DNA of 32,000 nucleotides from an uncultured Halanaerobiaceae bacterium. Lineage in GTDB: Bacteria > Bacillota > Halanaerobiia > Halanaerobiales > Halarsenatibacteraceae. Numbering within the stretch: the first letter of the stretch is position 1; each line of letters opens with the position of its first letter. Below are positions 10,344 through 19,463 of the stretch, piece after piece. A program made the position numbers and the translations under genes. The DNA is taken from contig CAZLCX010000010.1 in the NCBI GenBank assembly GCA_964558325.1, forward strand, positions 1-32,000, given 5' to 3'. Below the pieces are notes generated by a model. That model worked only from the letters and a program-made list of their open reading frames with translations. It ran no database searches and was not told the DNA's origin.

Positions 10344-11009
10344 TTAACCATCCCTGGCAACTGCAATATAAGCAATTGCTATCATACCAAAGATTAAAGC
10401 CTGAACAGCTCCAACAAACAAATCAAACCAGGCGTGGAGCGGTACTGGCATAACCCAGGGGGCAGCCTGATAAATTAATGTAATAATAATTCCACCACCT
10501 ACCATATTACCAAATAGACGGAAAGAATGAGAAATTGGTTTAGCAAGTTCACCAACAACATTTAAAGGTAATAAAATAAATACTGGTTCTGCAAAACCTT
10601 TAAAATATCCTAACACACCATTTTCTTTCATACCTTCATAATGACTGATTAGAAACACTACCAGCCCAAGCCCAAGCGTTGTATTTAAATCTGATGTTGG
10701 GTTTTGAACCACCGGGATAAAGCCGACGAGATTTGAAAGGCCAATAAAAGCAAATATTGTCCCGATAAAAGGCAACAATCTTCTTCCATGGCCTGGAATC
10801 ATCGGTTCTATTTGATCCAGTATAGCAGTCACAAAAAGTTCAGCACCATTTTGAAGACCAGTTGGCACTTCCTTCATATTTTTAGTTGCAGCCCAGGCTA
10901 TAATAATTAAAACAACACAGACTACCCAGGCCCAGATTAAGGTATCTGTAATCGGTAATGCTTGATTACCAAATAAATATGTGACCACCTGTGGTCCTGG
11001 ATCCATCAT
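10344..11009 (-). CDS. atpB: Fo ATP synthase a subunit
   Basis: Polytopic protein with the conserved HSFRLFGNM arginine motif. Confidence 0.95.
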   Translation of the reverse strand: MMDPGPQVVTYLFGNQALPITDTLIWAWVVCVVLIIIAWAATKNMKEVPTGLQNGAELFVTAILDQIEPMIPGHGRRLLPFIGTIFAFIGLSNLVGFIPVVQNPTSDLNTTLGLGLVVFLISHYEGMKENGVLGYFKGFAEPVFILLPLNVVGELAKPISHSFRLFGNMVGGGIIITLIYQAAPWVMPVPLHAWFDLFVGAVQALIFGMIAIAYIAVARDG

Positions 11010-11044
11010 AATAAAACCCCCTTCCTTCCTTTCTAACTTTTCTA

Positions 11045-11464
11045 CTAAAAATCCTCTTCATCTTTTTTATAATTTTGCCAGCCAGTTTTCACCATTTCTA
11101 TAATTGCTGATCCGATAATTGTAAATTTGAGAATCAATAAACCAATTGCTGCTCCTAGAAAACTTAAATTCTGATTATTAAAAGCAACAAAAAGCACTAT
11201 GAAATAAATAAAATAATTAACAAAACTTCGGTTGCGCATATATTTTTCAGCTTCAGATGAACCTAATTCAACAGCCTGCCGACTCTGGACTAATTTTAAT
11301 CTAAATAATAATAGACTAATACTCATACCAAATATTAAACCCAGAACAGCATCTAACTTCTGGCTCACCGCTGCTGAACCTATTAAAAAAAGCCCAACAA
11401 TTAAAACCCTCTTTGTTAATACCTTAACAACTTCTGTCGGTTCTTTCGCAAAAAGATTATTCAT
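11045..11464 (-). CDS. atpI: ATP synthase protein I
   Basis: 139-aa small membrane protein immediately upstream of atpB. Confidence 0.8.
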   Translation of the reverse strand: MNNLFAKEPTEVVKVLTKRVLIVGLFLIGSAAVSQKLDAVLGLIFGMSISLLLFRLKLVQSRQAVELGSSEAEKYMRNRSFVNYFIYFIVLFVAFNNQNLSFLGAAIGLLILKFTIIGSAIIEMVKTGWQNYKKDEEDF

Positions 11465-11685
11465 TAATCCATGAGCTCCTTAACTACCTGATATACAGAA
11501 TAAAAACCTGCACCTACTCCTATAATTAATCCGATAATCGAAATTACTGGTTCTGTATTAAAGCGACCGTCCAGCCAGGCTCCCAGAAAGTAACCAATTC
11601 CAATTGAGACAACCATTAATATGCCTATATATGTAAGCAGACCTAAGGCCTTCATTATCTGGCCTAAGTCATTCCTATCCATCAT
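11464..11685 (-). CDS. atpZ: AtpZ/AtpR-type small membrane protein (putative F0F1-ATPase subunit family)
   Basis: 73 aa with two TM helices. First gene of the operon, overlapping atpI by 1 nt. Confidence 0.7.
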   Translation of the reverse strand: MMDRNDLGQIMKALGLLTYIGILMVVSIGIGYFLGAWLDGRFNTEPVISIIGLIIGVGAGFYSVYQVVKELMD

Positions 11686-11765
11686 GATTATCTCTCCTTA
11701 TATACCTTCTATATAAAACAATAAAATCCTGCTTTAATAATTTAAATCACAATATTCAAAATGAT

Positions 11766-12818
11766 TTAACTCTTTTCCTGATGGAGAGATCTACCTTCCT
11801 GAGGAAGCTCAACAGTAAATATTCCTAATCGATAAAAACTATACAGTAAAAATATAAATGACATTACTAATAATAACATTCCATTTTGAAAATTTAAACC
11901 ATTAATAACTATTGCGATAAAACCCAGCATAACACTCATAATATAAACAATTAAAACTGACTGCCTGTGATTCCAACCAAGTGCCAGTAAACGGTGATGT
12001 AAATGGCCATGGTCGGCTCTACTAATCGGTTTTTTATAATAGATTCGCCTGATTATAGCATAGGCTGTATCAAAAATTGGTATCCCTAATGCCAGTACCG
12101 GTACAAATAAGGTCATGGCAGCAGCACTTTTTAGAGCACCAATTATTGAAACTGATGCAAGAATATAGCCGATCATCATAGCCCCACCATCCCCCATAAA
12201 AATCCTGGCTGGATGAAAATTAAATCTAAGAAAACCTAACAAACTTCCTGCTAAAGCAATTGTTAAAACAGCAGTTATAAGCTGACCTTCCTGTAGACTT
12301 ACAACAAATAAGGTTATTGCTGCAATAATTGAGACCCCGGCTGCCAGGCCATCAAGCCCATCAATTAAATTTACTGTGTTAGTTACTCCTACAATCCAGA
12401 TTATAGTAACTGGAACAGCAAAGATTCCAAGATAGATCATACTACCTGCAAAGGGATTACTAATAAATTCAATAGAAACTCCTGAAAAAATCAGGACAGT
12501 TGCCGCCAATATCTGACCTAGAAGTTTAATAGCCGGTCTTAATTCATAAATATCATCAATTACACCAATCAACATAATTAAACTCCCGCCTAATAAAATA
12601 CCAGTCCGATCAGATGCAGGCTGACTGCTAAATAAAACGGCAGCAGTAAATCCTAAATATATAGCTATACCACCGAGATTAGGCACCGGCCATCTATTAA
12701 TTCTACGCTTGCCTGGATTATCAACAGCCTCAAATTTAATGGCAAAACGCCGAATTATCGGTGTACTTAAATATGTAATTATTAATCCTATTAAAAATAC
12801 TTTGATATAAAGCAGCAT
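11766..12818 (-). CDS. MraY/WecA/TagO-family glycosyltransferase (undecaprenyl-phosphate HexNAc-1-phosphate transferase)
   Basis: VIDDIYEL, NLIDGLDGLAAG and FMGDGG motifs in a polytopic membrane protein. Confidence 0.9.
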   Translation of the reverse strand: MLLYIKVFLIGLIITYLSTPIIRRFAIKFEAVDNPGKRRINRWPVPNLGGIAIYLGFTAAVLFSSQPASDRTGILLGGSLIMLIGVIDDIYELRPAIKLLGQILAATVLIFSGVSIEFISNPFAGSMIYLGIFAVPVTIIWIVGVTNTVNLIDGLDGLAAGVSIIAAITLFVVSLQEGQLITAVLTIALAGSLLGFLRFNFHPARIFMGDGGAMMIGYILASVSIIGALKSAAAMTLFVPVLALGIPIFDTAYAIIRRIYYKKPISRADHGHLHHRLLALGWNHRQSVLIVYIMSVMLGFIAIVINGLNFQNGMLLLVMSFIFLLYSFYRLGIFTVELPQEGRSLHQEKS

Positions 12819-12837
12819 TATAATAACCCCTTATCAA

Positions 12838-13467
12838 CTATTTAGTTCCGTATAACCTATCCCCGGCATCTCCTAAACCAGGCACAATATAAGCATGATC
12901 ATTTAACTTTTCATCTACCGCCCCAGTAAAAATATTGACATCTGGATGTTCCTTCTGAACCCTTTTGATCCCCTCTGGAGCAGCTACCAGACACATAAAC
13001 TTAATAGTCCTGGGATTTCTTTCCTTAATAAATTTAAGAGCTGCAGAGGCCGAACCTCCGGTAGCAAGCATTGGGTCCACTACTATTAAATCTCTTTCAT
13101 TGACATCAGTTGGTAATTTACAGTAATATTCAACTGGCTCTAACGTCTCAGGGTCTCTATAAAGCCCTATATGACCAACTTTAGCAGTTGGTATTAACTT
13201 TAAAACACCATCAAGCATTCCAAGACCTGCCCTTAAAATCGGAACAATCCCCAGCTTCTTGCCAGCAATTTTATTTGCTTTCATAGTTTGAATAGGTGTT
13301 TCTATTTCAACTTCCCTGGTTGGCATATCCCGGGTTACCTCATATGCCATTAAAGTCGAAATTTCATCAGCCAGTTCTCTAAATTCTTTTGGCCCAGTTT
13401 CTTTACTCCTTAATAAAGTCAATTTATGTTGAATTAAAGGATGGTCAAAAGTAAAAACTTCACCCAT
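12838..13467 (-). CDS. upp: Uracil phosphoribosyltransferase
   Basis: 209 aa with the PRPP-binding loop [11 protein letters not shown] and C-terminal [12 protein letters not shown]. Confidence 0.97.
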   Translation of the reverse strand: MGEVFTFDHPLIQHKLTLLRSKETGPKEFRELADEISTLMAYEVTRDMPTREVEIETPIQTMKANKIAGKKLGIVPILRAGLGMLDGVLKLIPTAKVGHIGLYRDPETLEPVEYYCKLPTDVNERDLIVVDPMLATGGSASAALKFIKERNPRTIKFMCLVAAPEGIKRVQKEHPDVNIFTGAVDEKLNDHAYIVPGLGDAGDRLYGTK

Positions 13468-13916
13468 TATTCAGTCATCTCCTTTTCAATATTATCTATT
13501 TTATCGACTCTTCTTTGATGACGTCCACCAGCATAACTTGCATTCAAATAGGTTTCCACAACATCTTTAGCAAGTTCAATCCCAATAACTCTGGAACCAA
13601 AGGTTAAAATATTAGCATTATTATGAGCTCTAGCCATTCTTGCAGAATAACTATCCTGACAGCGGGCTGCCCTAATCCCTTTAACTTTATTGGCTGAGAT
13701 AGCCATACCTATCCCGGTTCCACAAATTAAAATACCTACTTCAGAATCACCTGTTGCAACATTTTTAGCAGTTTTTTCTGCAAAATCAGGGTAATCAACT
13801 GAATCTTGATTATCTGTTCCAAAATCTTTAACCTGATAGCCTTCATCTAACAGCCATTCTTTAATATCTTTCTTCATATTAAAACCGGCATGATCAGAAC
13901 CAATTGCTATCTGCAT
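13467..13916 (-). CDS. rpiB: Ribose-5-phosphate isomerase B
   Basis: 149 aa with [11 protein letters not shown] and [16 protein letters not shown] motifs. Confidence 0.95.
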   Translation of the reverse strand: MQIAIGSDHAGFNMKKDIKEWLLDEGYQVKDFGTDNQDSVDYPDFAEKTAKNVATGDSEVGILICGTGIGMAISANKVKGIRAARCQDSYSARMARAHNNANILTFGSRVIGIELAKDVVETYLNASYAGGRHQRRVDKIDNIEKEMTE

Positions 13917-13987
13917 TATATTTCACTCCCTATTAATTTTATTCTTCAATAATAATTTATTTCCTGCTTACCCAGATAAATTATCGG

Positions 13988-15097
13988 TTATCCTTTAGAC
14001 CTATTATTTAGTTCTATAACTTTGCTGGCTGCTCTCATCAGCCTATTCATTACAGCCTCACCTAAGCCTGAATCAGCTATTTTTTCAATTAATAATGTTT
14101 GAAAACCTCTGCTATCCATATCCCGAAGTAAGGCAAACAGCCTCCGGGCAATCAACTCCGGGTTTTTAGAGCTGCCCATTTCAAAAATTTCAAGTTTGCC
14201 AACAGCACACTCTTCACTGGGCTTAAGCTCTGACTTAGCTAGAAGATCATTAATCTTTTCAGCAGTCTCAGTTGTAATTAATAAGGCTCTCCTGCCTTTT
14301 AATTTACAGGCCTCTTTCCAGATTAAAACCGGTGATTTTCCAGAAAGAATTACTACTTCAGCTCTAGGTGAATAATGCTTATATTTTAAACCTGGAGATT
14401 TAGGGGAAGTCTCCCTCTCAACTTCATACTGTCTCTTTAATTTTTTCCCCAATACCTCTTCAATCTGATATGCAGTTATGCCACCTGGCCTGAGCAAAAC
14501 CGGAACATCCCCTGTTACATCTACAACTGTTGATTCTAAGCCTACTGAACAGGAGCCCCCATCAACTATTAAAGGAATTTTATTATTTAGATCTCTTAAT
14601 ACATGATTGGCTCTAGTCGGGCTTGGAAACCCAGAAGAATTTGCACTGGGAGCAGCAAGAATTAGTCCAGATCTTGCCAGAATAGCTTTAGTAACAGGAT
14701 GAGAAGGCATTCTAATAGCAACGGTATCAAGGCCGGCGGTAGTTTCATAAGGAAGTTCTTCTCTTTTGGGTAATATGACTGTTAAAGGGCCAGGCCAAAA
14801 GCGGGTAATCAATTCAAAGGCCATATCCTTGATTGGCCTCGGGGTAACCCGATAAATATCTTGATGCTCTGAAATATGCACAATCAAGGGATTATCATGG
14901 GGCCTGCCTTTAGCTGCAAAGATTTTAGCAACAGCATCAGGATTAAAGCAATCACCGGCAAGGCCATAAACTGTCTCAGTTGGTATTGCTACTACTTCCC
15001 CCTGTTGCAACAATCTTGTTGCCTTGGAAACAGCTTCACTCCCAAGGATTTCAGCAGGAGATAAATTAATATCAACTTTTACAACTTCAGTTTTCAT
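13988..15097 (-). CDS. tsaC: L-threonylcarbamoyladenylate synthase, Sua5/YwlC type
   Basis: YrdC domain (PTETVYGLAGD, SANSSG) plus a C-terminal Sua5 domain. 369 aa. Confidence 0.93.
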   Translation of the reverse strand: MKTEVVKVDINLSPAEILGSEAVSKATRLLQQGEVVAIPTETVYGLAGDCFNPDAVAKIFAAKGRPHDNPLIVHISEHQDIYRVTPRPIKDMAFELITRFWPGPLTVILPKREELPYETTAGLDTVAIRMPSHPVTKAILARSGLILAAPSANSSGFPSPTRANHVLRDLNNKIPLIVDGGSCSVGLESTVVDVTGDVPVLLRPGGITAYQIEEVLGKKLKRQYEVERETSPKSPGLKYKHYSPRAEVVILSGKSPVLIWKEACKLKGRRALLITTETAEKINDLLAKSELKPSEECAVGKLEIFEMGSSKNPELIARRLFALLRDMDSRGFQTLLIEKIADSGLGEAVMNRLMRAASKVIELNNRSKG

Positions 15098-15981
15098 TAA
15101 TTATCTCCTCCAGTCCTTACAAATACAAACCTATCTTTACCAGCTCCATCTTTTAATAATTGAAAATCATCCCAGCCTTCAAGTTTAGAAAATAAATTGC
15201 CAATAGCCTCTCCCTGCTGATCTCCGATTTCAAGGGCTAATAAACCATTATTCCTTAATATTTTTTTAGCCTGGGGAATTAATCTTCTGTATATATCCAG
15301 ACCATCTTTGCCTGCATGAAGAGCTTCTTCAGGTTCTGATTTAACATCCTTATCAAGATTTTTATAATCTTTTGTGGAGATATAAGGCGGATTAGATACT
15401 ACCAGATCGATCTCGCCAGATCTTTTGGGCAATAATGGCTCCAATAAATCTCCCTTTAGCAAACCTGCTCTCTGAGAAAGCTTAAATTTCTTTATATTTT
15501 CTTTAGCCACACGCACCGCTTGATCAGATATATCTATCCCAATCCCTTTAGCATCAGGAAGATAATACAGTAAACTTACCAGAATTGCTCCACTACCAGT
15601 TCCAACATCGACTATTTTCCCTGAAAGCTCAGTGTCTTCTCGAACTATTTTTAAAATCTTTTCAATTAATTCTTCAGTTTCAGGCCGGGGGATCAATACA
15701 CCTGGTTCAACATGAAATTCTAAAGACATAAATTCTTTTTTCTGAGTTAAATAACTTACTGGAGTACCCTGAGCCCTCTTTTTTACCATCTCTCGATACT
15801 TCATAATTTCTTCTTTCTTTAATGGATAATCAAAATTTACATATAATTTAACTCTTTCAGTATCTAAAAGATCAGCCAGTAAAACCTCTGCATCAAGCCT
15901 GGGACTGGATATATTTTTAGATTTAAAATATTCTTCTGTTTTATTTAAGATATCTTTTATATTTAAAGTCATTAAATCCAA
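15097..15981 (-). CDS. prmC: Release factor glutamine N5-methyltransferase
   Basis: SAM motif DVGTGSG and catalytic NPPY. TAATG overlap with the downstream gene. Confidence 0.95.
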   Translation of the reverse strand: MDLMTLNIKDILNKTEEYFKSKNISSPRLDAEVLLADLLDTERVKLYVNFDYPLKKEEIMKYREMVKKRAQGTPVSYLTQKKEFMSLEFHVEPGVLIPRPETEELIEKILKIVREDTELSGKIVDVGTGSGAILVSLLYYLPDAKGIGIDISDQAVRVAKENIKKFKLSQRAGLLKGDLLEPLLPKRSGEIDLVVSNPPYISTKDYKNLDKDVKSEPEEALHAGKDGLDIYRRLIPQAKKILRNNGLLALEIGDQQGEAIGNLFSKLEGWDDFQLLKDGAGKDRFVFVRTGGDN

Positions 15982-15995
15982 TCCCCTCTAAAATT

Positions 15996-17075
15996 TTAAA
16001 GCTTTTCTAATTTCTTTTTCTTATCCTCTTCAATTAACGGATCAATTATCTGGTCAATCTGACCATCAAGAACAGCATCTAACTGATGAATAGTCAAATT
16101 TATTCTATGGTCGCTAACTCGCCCCTGAGGGAAATTGTAGGTTCTAATTTTTTCGCTTCTATCACCACTACCTACCTGGCTTTTACGGGCCTCAGCTCTT
16201 TCTTCCTGTTTTTCCTGCTCTATTTTCTCTCTAACTCTGGCCCGGAGAATTTTCATTGCTCTAGCCTTATTTTTATGCTGGGATTTTTCGTCCTGACAGG
16301 AAACAGTAATATCCATAGGGGTATAGGTTATTCTTACAGCTGAATCTGTGGTATTAACACTCTGGCCTCCTGGCCCACTTGAACGGAAGAAATCAATCTT
16401 AAGATCATTTTCATCTATATCAATATCAACATCTTCAGCTTCTGGTAAAACAGCAACTGTTGCAGTTGAAGTATGAATCCGACCACTGGATTCAGTAGAC
16501 GGCACCCTCTGAACTCTATGAACACCACTTTCATATTTTAAGCGACTGTAAATTGAGTCTCCTTCAACATTAAAGATAATTTCTTTAAAACCACCGACTC
16601 CACTTTCTGATGATGATAAAACCTCAACTTTCCAGTTCTGTTTTTCGGAATACCGGGAATACATTCTATATAAATCTCCGGCAAATAAAGCAGCTTCATC
16701 TCCTCCAGCACCTGATCTTATTTCAACAATAACATTCTTCTCGTCATCTGGGTCATCAGGAATTAACAATAAGGGAAGTTCTTCAGCCAGCTCATTTAGT
16801 TCAGGTTTAATCATTTCCAGTTCTTCCTCGGCCAGTTCCTGCATTTCGCTATCTTCGCTTAATTCTATCATCTCTTCAGCTTCTTCAGCCTGCTGTTTTA
16901 AATCTTTATAATGTTTATATTTATCGACTAATTTTTTTAATCTGGCATGCTGCCGGAGTAATTTCTGATATTTCTGGCTATCATTCATCACCTCTGGTTC
17001 ACTGATCTTTTTGCTTAACTTATCATAATCATCAATCAACTCTTCAAATTTATCTTTAACTGTTTCTATATGCAT
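15996..17075 (-). CDS. prfA: Peptide chain release factor 1
   Basis: GGQ motif (SGPGGQSVN) and the RF1-type PST tripeptide. No internal frameshift. Confidence 0.97.
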   Translation of the reverse strand: MHIETVKDKFEELIDDYDKLSKKISEPEVMNDSQKYQKLLRQHARLKKLVDKYKHYKDLKQQAEEAEEMIELSEDSEMQELAEEELEMIKPELNELAEELPLLLIPDDPDDEKNVIVEIRSGAGGDEAALFAGDLYRMYSRYSEKQNWKVEVLSSSESGVGGFKEIIFNVEGDSIYSRLKYESGVHRVQRVPSTESSGRIHTSTATVAVLPEAEDVDIDIDENDLKIDFFRSSGPGGQSVNTTDSAVRITYTPMDITVSCQDEKSQHKNKARAMKILRARVREKIEQEKQEERAEARKSQVGSGDRSEKIRTYNFPQGRVSDHRINLTIHQLDAVLDGQIDQIIDPLIEEDKKKKLEKL

Positions 17076-17087
17076 ATATTACACCTC

Positions 17088-17669
17088 TTATTTACTCTCT
17101 TTAACTTCATGACAGTGACGACATCTTGCCTCATAAACCTCTTTAGCTCCAACCATAATTACTGGATCATCATAAGCTGCTGGCTTGCCATTAATTAGAC
17201 GCTGAGTTCTGGTTGCAGGTTCACCACAGACAACACAGATAGCATGAAGTTTTTCTATATATTCAGACCTGGCCATCAAGTCAGGTACTGGACCAAATGG
17301 TTCCCCTCTAAAATCTCTATCCAGGCCAGCTATAATTACTCGTTTCCCCTTATTGGCGAGATCTTCACAAACATTTACAATCTCGTCACTGAAAAACTGA
17401 ATTTCATCAATCCCAACTACCTCTGTATCATTTTTTACTTTCTCCAAAATATCCTTTGGCCTATCAACAGCAATAGCTTCAATACTAGCGCCATTATGAG
17501 AAACTACATTAGACTTATCATACCTATCATCCAGACCAGGCTTAAAAACCTGAGCTTTATGTCCAGCTATGTTAACCCTGCGAAGACGTCTAATCATTTC
17601 CTCACTCTTACCACAATACATTGGCCCTGTAATAATTTCCAACCAGCCACTCTTACTTATTTTATACAT
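17088..17669 (-). CDS. tdk: Thymidine kinase
   Basis: P-loop [10 protein letters not shown] and C-terminal Zn-ribbon cysteines. Start moved to the ATG at 17669 (AAAGGTGG 6 nt upstream), because the longer ORF to 17720 runs through the rpmE terminator. Confidence 0.93.
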   Translation of the reverse strand: MYKISKSGWLEIITGPMYCGKSEEMIRRLRRVNIAGHKAQVFKPGLDDRYDKSNVVSHNGASIEAIAVDRPKDILEKVKNDTEVVGIDEIQFFSDEIVNVCEDLANKGKRVIIAGLDRDFRGEPFGPVPDLMARSEYIEKLHAICVVCGEPATRTQRLINGKPAAYDDPVIMVGAKEVYEARCRHCHEVKESK

Positions 17670-17702
17670 TGAGACGCCACCTTTTATTAAGAATAATTTC
17701 CC

Positions 17703-17735
17703 AAAAAAAAAGCAGAGCATCTGCCCTGCCCTGCC
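17703..17735 (-). terminator. Probable rho-independent terminator after rpmE
   Basis: Minus strand (GGCAG)x3 then AUGCUCUGC followed by U9. The GCAGA/UCUGC stem can be extended with G-U pairs. Confidence 0.45.
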
Positions 17736-17746
17736 ATCAACAAAAA

Positions 17747-17965
17747 TTACTCTTCCTCTTCATCCTGTTCTCGACCATACTTTTTATTAAATCTCTCAAC
17801 CCGTCCACCACGACTTGCTTTACGCTGTTTACCAGTATAAAATGGATGGCAACTTGAGCATACTTCAACTCTGATCTCATCTTCTGTTGAAATAGTCTCA
17901 TATTCTTCACCACAAGCACAGTAAACGGTTACCGGGTCTGCTTTTGGATGTATATCTTCCTTCAT
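17747..17965 (-). CDS. rpmE: 50S ribosomal protein L31, Zn-ribbon type A
   Basis: MKEDIHP start, CxC...CxxC cysteines, HPFYTGKQ motif, acidic EQDEEEE tail. Confidence 0.96.
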   Translation of the reverse strand: MKEDIHPKADPVTVYCACGEEYETISTEDEIRVEVCSSCHPFYTGKQRKASRGGRVERFNKKYGREQDEEEE

Positions 17966-18004
17966 CGAAAATCACCTCTTCCTTAATTTGCTTCAGTTAA
18001 ATTG

Positions 18005-18033
18005 ATTATATCACAGGCTTTTTTGGGTTGCAA
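18005..18033 (-). promoter_or_regulatory. Sigma-A promoter for rpmE (TTGCAA-17-TATAAT with extended TG)
   Basis: Minus strand TTGCAA (18033..18028), 17-nt spacer ending TGA, and TATAAT (18010..18005), about 40 nt upstream of the rpmE ATG. Confidence 0.6.
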
Positions 18034-18086
18034 CCGGCTGCAAAGTATTATTTAAACAATTAATTAATCAAGTTATAAATTCAGAT

Positions 18087-18123
18087 AAAAACCTTCTGAA
18101 AGTTTATTAAAACTTTCAGAAGG
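18087..18123 (-). terminator. Rho-independent terminator of the lactate operon
   Basis: Perfect 14-bp stem CCUUCUGAAAGUUU-UAAU-AAACUUUCAGAAGG followed by UUUUU, 20 nt after the larA stop. Confidence 0.85.
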
Positions 18124-18142
18124 CATTATAAATTATCAATAT

Positions 18143-19417
18143 TTAATTTTGAACAATAACTCCAACTCCATCTGGAATTACTGTAATCTCTGGTTTATCG
18201 TTCTTTAGAAGACTCTCTGCCATTTTAACGGCTTCATCCATACTTTCAGCCTTATGCATATACATGTCCTCTACCATCTTTTCAGGAGCTGCAGTAATCA
18301 TAATAACTTCAAATTTATCCAGAATTCTGGCTAAGATCTGTGATTCCCATTGATCAGGAACAGTTTCAGTTCTATCCCTGGAAGCAATATTTTCCCTTAT
18401 CTCTTTTACGCTTTCAGCCTCACAGAAAGTATTATAAAAAGCATCGCCTCCATGACCATCAGAACATTCTGCTGCGATTATAATTACTCCACCTTCTTTA
18501 CAGGTAGCCTCTGCGGCTGTCATTCCCTTTACGGCCTGATAAATATTTTGATCAAGGGGATAACCACCATTTGTAGTTATTGCAATATCAGCCGGGACAG
18601 CCTTTACCCCAGCAAGTTCAGCAACAAAGTCAGTCCCTGCTTTATGAGCTTTTTTGAAATCACCGGCAAAGGCATTAATAATTTCTTTATCTTCATTAAT
18701 TGCAACATTTAAAATAAATGCCAGCTCAGCCTTCTCAGCAGCATAGACCATATCTTTATGCATCGGGTTACCTTCAATAATTCCGGTTCTGGCATTAGGA
18801 TGGGCAATAAACTCACCACAGTGATTGGCCAGCACCGTCTCTTTACTTGCAACTCCAGGAAGAACACTCTTTCTTCCTCCTGAATAACCGGCAAAGAAAT
18901 GGGGTTCAATAAAACCCTCTGCCAGGAGTAAATCAGCCTCAACGGCGTGATGATTTAGAATCAATTTACCGCCTGAAGGCAGAGTTCCATACTCGACCAT
19001 ATCTTCTTCATTGGTGCTTTTATGCATAACCAGCTTCTCATTTTTAACAACTTCTTCGCCAAATTTTTCTATCATCTCTGTCTCAGTCGATGGTCTATGA
19101 AATCCAGTGGCTATCAACAATTTAATCTTAGCCTCAGGATTCCCAGCCCTTATCTGTTCTAACATTGCTGGAATCATATATTTACTTGGGACAGGTCTTG
19201 TATGATCGCTACAGATAATCACAATATTATCTTTATCTTTAGCAAGCTCAGCCAGTCCTGGACTTCCTATCGGATTGGCCAGAGCCTGATTAACAAGTTC
19301 CTGCTGCCCTTTTTCTGGCTCAAACTGATTCGCCTTTGATGTTAAGGTTGCCAGCACCTGAGCATCTGGAAGATCAAACTCCAGTCCCTCTCTACCATAT
19401 GGAATTTTAAACTCCAC
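18143..19417 (-). CDS. larA: Nickel-pincer-dependent lactate racemase
   Basis: 424 aa with CSDHTRP, GFHRP, EPHFFAGYSGGRKS and ANHC motifs. These correspond to catalytic His/His, the cofactor-tethering Lys and the Ni-binding His of LarA. GTG start after GGAGGTG. Confidence 0.9.
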   Translation of the reverse strand: MEFKIPYGREGLEFDLPDAQVLATLTSKANQFEPEKGQQELVNQALANPIGSPGLAELAKDKDNIVIICSDHTRPVPSKYMIPAMLEQIRAGNPEAKIKLLIATGFHRPSTETEMIEKFGEEVVKNEKLVMHKSTNEEDMVEYGTLPSGGKLILNHHAVEADLLLAEGFIEPHFFAGYSGGRKSVLPGVASKETVLANHCGEFIAHPNARTGIIEGNPMHKDMVYAAEKAELAFILNVAINEDKEIINAFAGDFKKAHKAGTDFVAELAGVKAVPADIAITTNGGYPLDQNIYQAVKGMTAAEATCKEGGVIIIAAECSDGHGGDAFYNTFCEAESVKEIRENIASRDRTETVPDQWESQILARILDKFEVIMITAAPEKMVEDMYMHKAESMDEAVKMAESLLKNDKPEITVIPDGVGVIVQN

Positions 19418-19463
19418 TTAAAGTCACCTCCGCTTAACTATTTATAAGCAATTATAATAGAAA

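Noticed and set aside
15996-17075. Possible programmed +1 frameshift in a release-factor gene
   Set aside because: The gene is RF1 (PST motif) with one uninterrupted frame. The frameshift is a feature of prfB (RF2), which is not in this window.
17670-17720. N-terminal extension [17 protein letters not shown] on the thymidine kinase ORF
   Set aside because: The extension runs through the rpmE terminator A/T-tract and has no RBS. The internal ATG at 17669 has AAAGGTGG at ideal spacing and gives the canonical MYKISKSGW... N-terminus.
17721-17735. Pentanucleotide tandem repeat (CTGCC)x3
   Set aside because: It is only three units and forms part of the stem alternatives of the rpmE terminator. 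There is no evidence for phase variation because it is intergenic.
17244-17919. ORFs 17244..17672(+), 17569..17790(+), 17669..17857(+) and 17737..17919(-) overlapping tdk and rpmE
   Set aside because: They are antisense or out of frame within highly conserved genes. Their products are Ile/Leu/Phe/Asn-rich with no motifs and no RBS.
18028-18043. Near-palindrome TTGCAACCGGCTGCAA overlapping the rpmE -35 hexamer
   Set aside because: It matches at 7 of 8 paired positions, but TTGCAA is itself self-complementary, so much of the symmetry is trivial. It does not resemble the AT-rich Zur box that regulates L31 paralogs.
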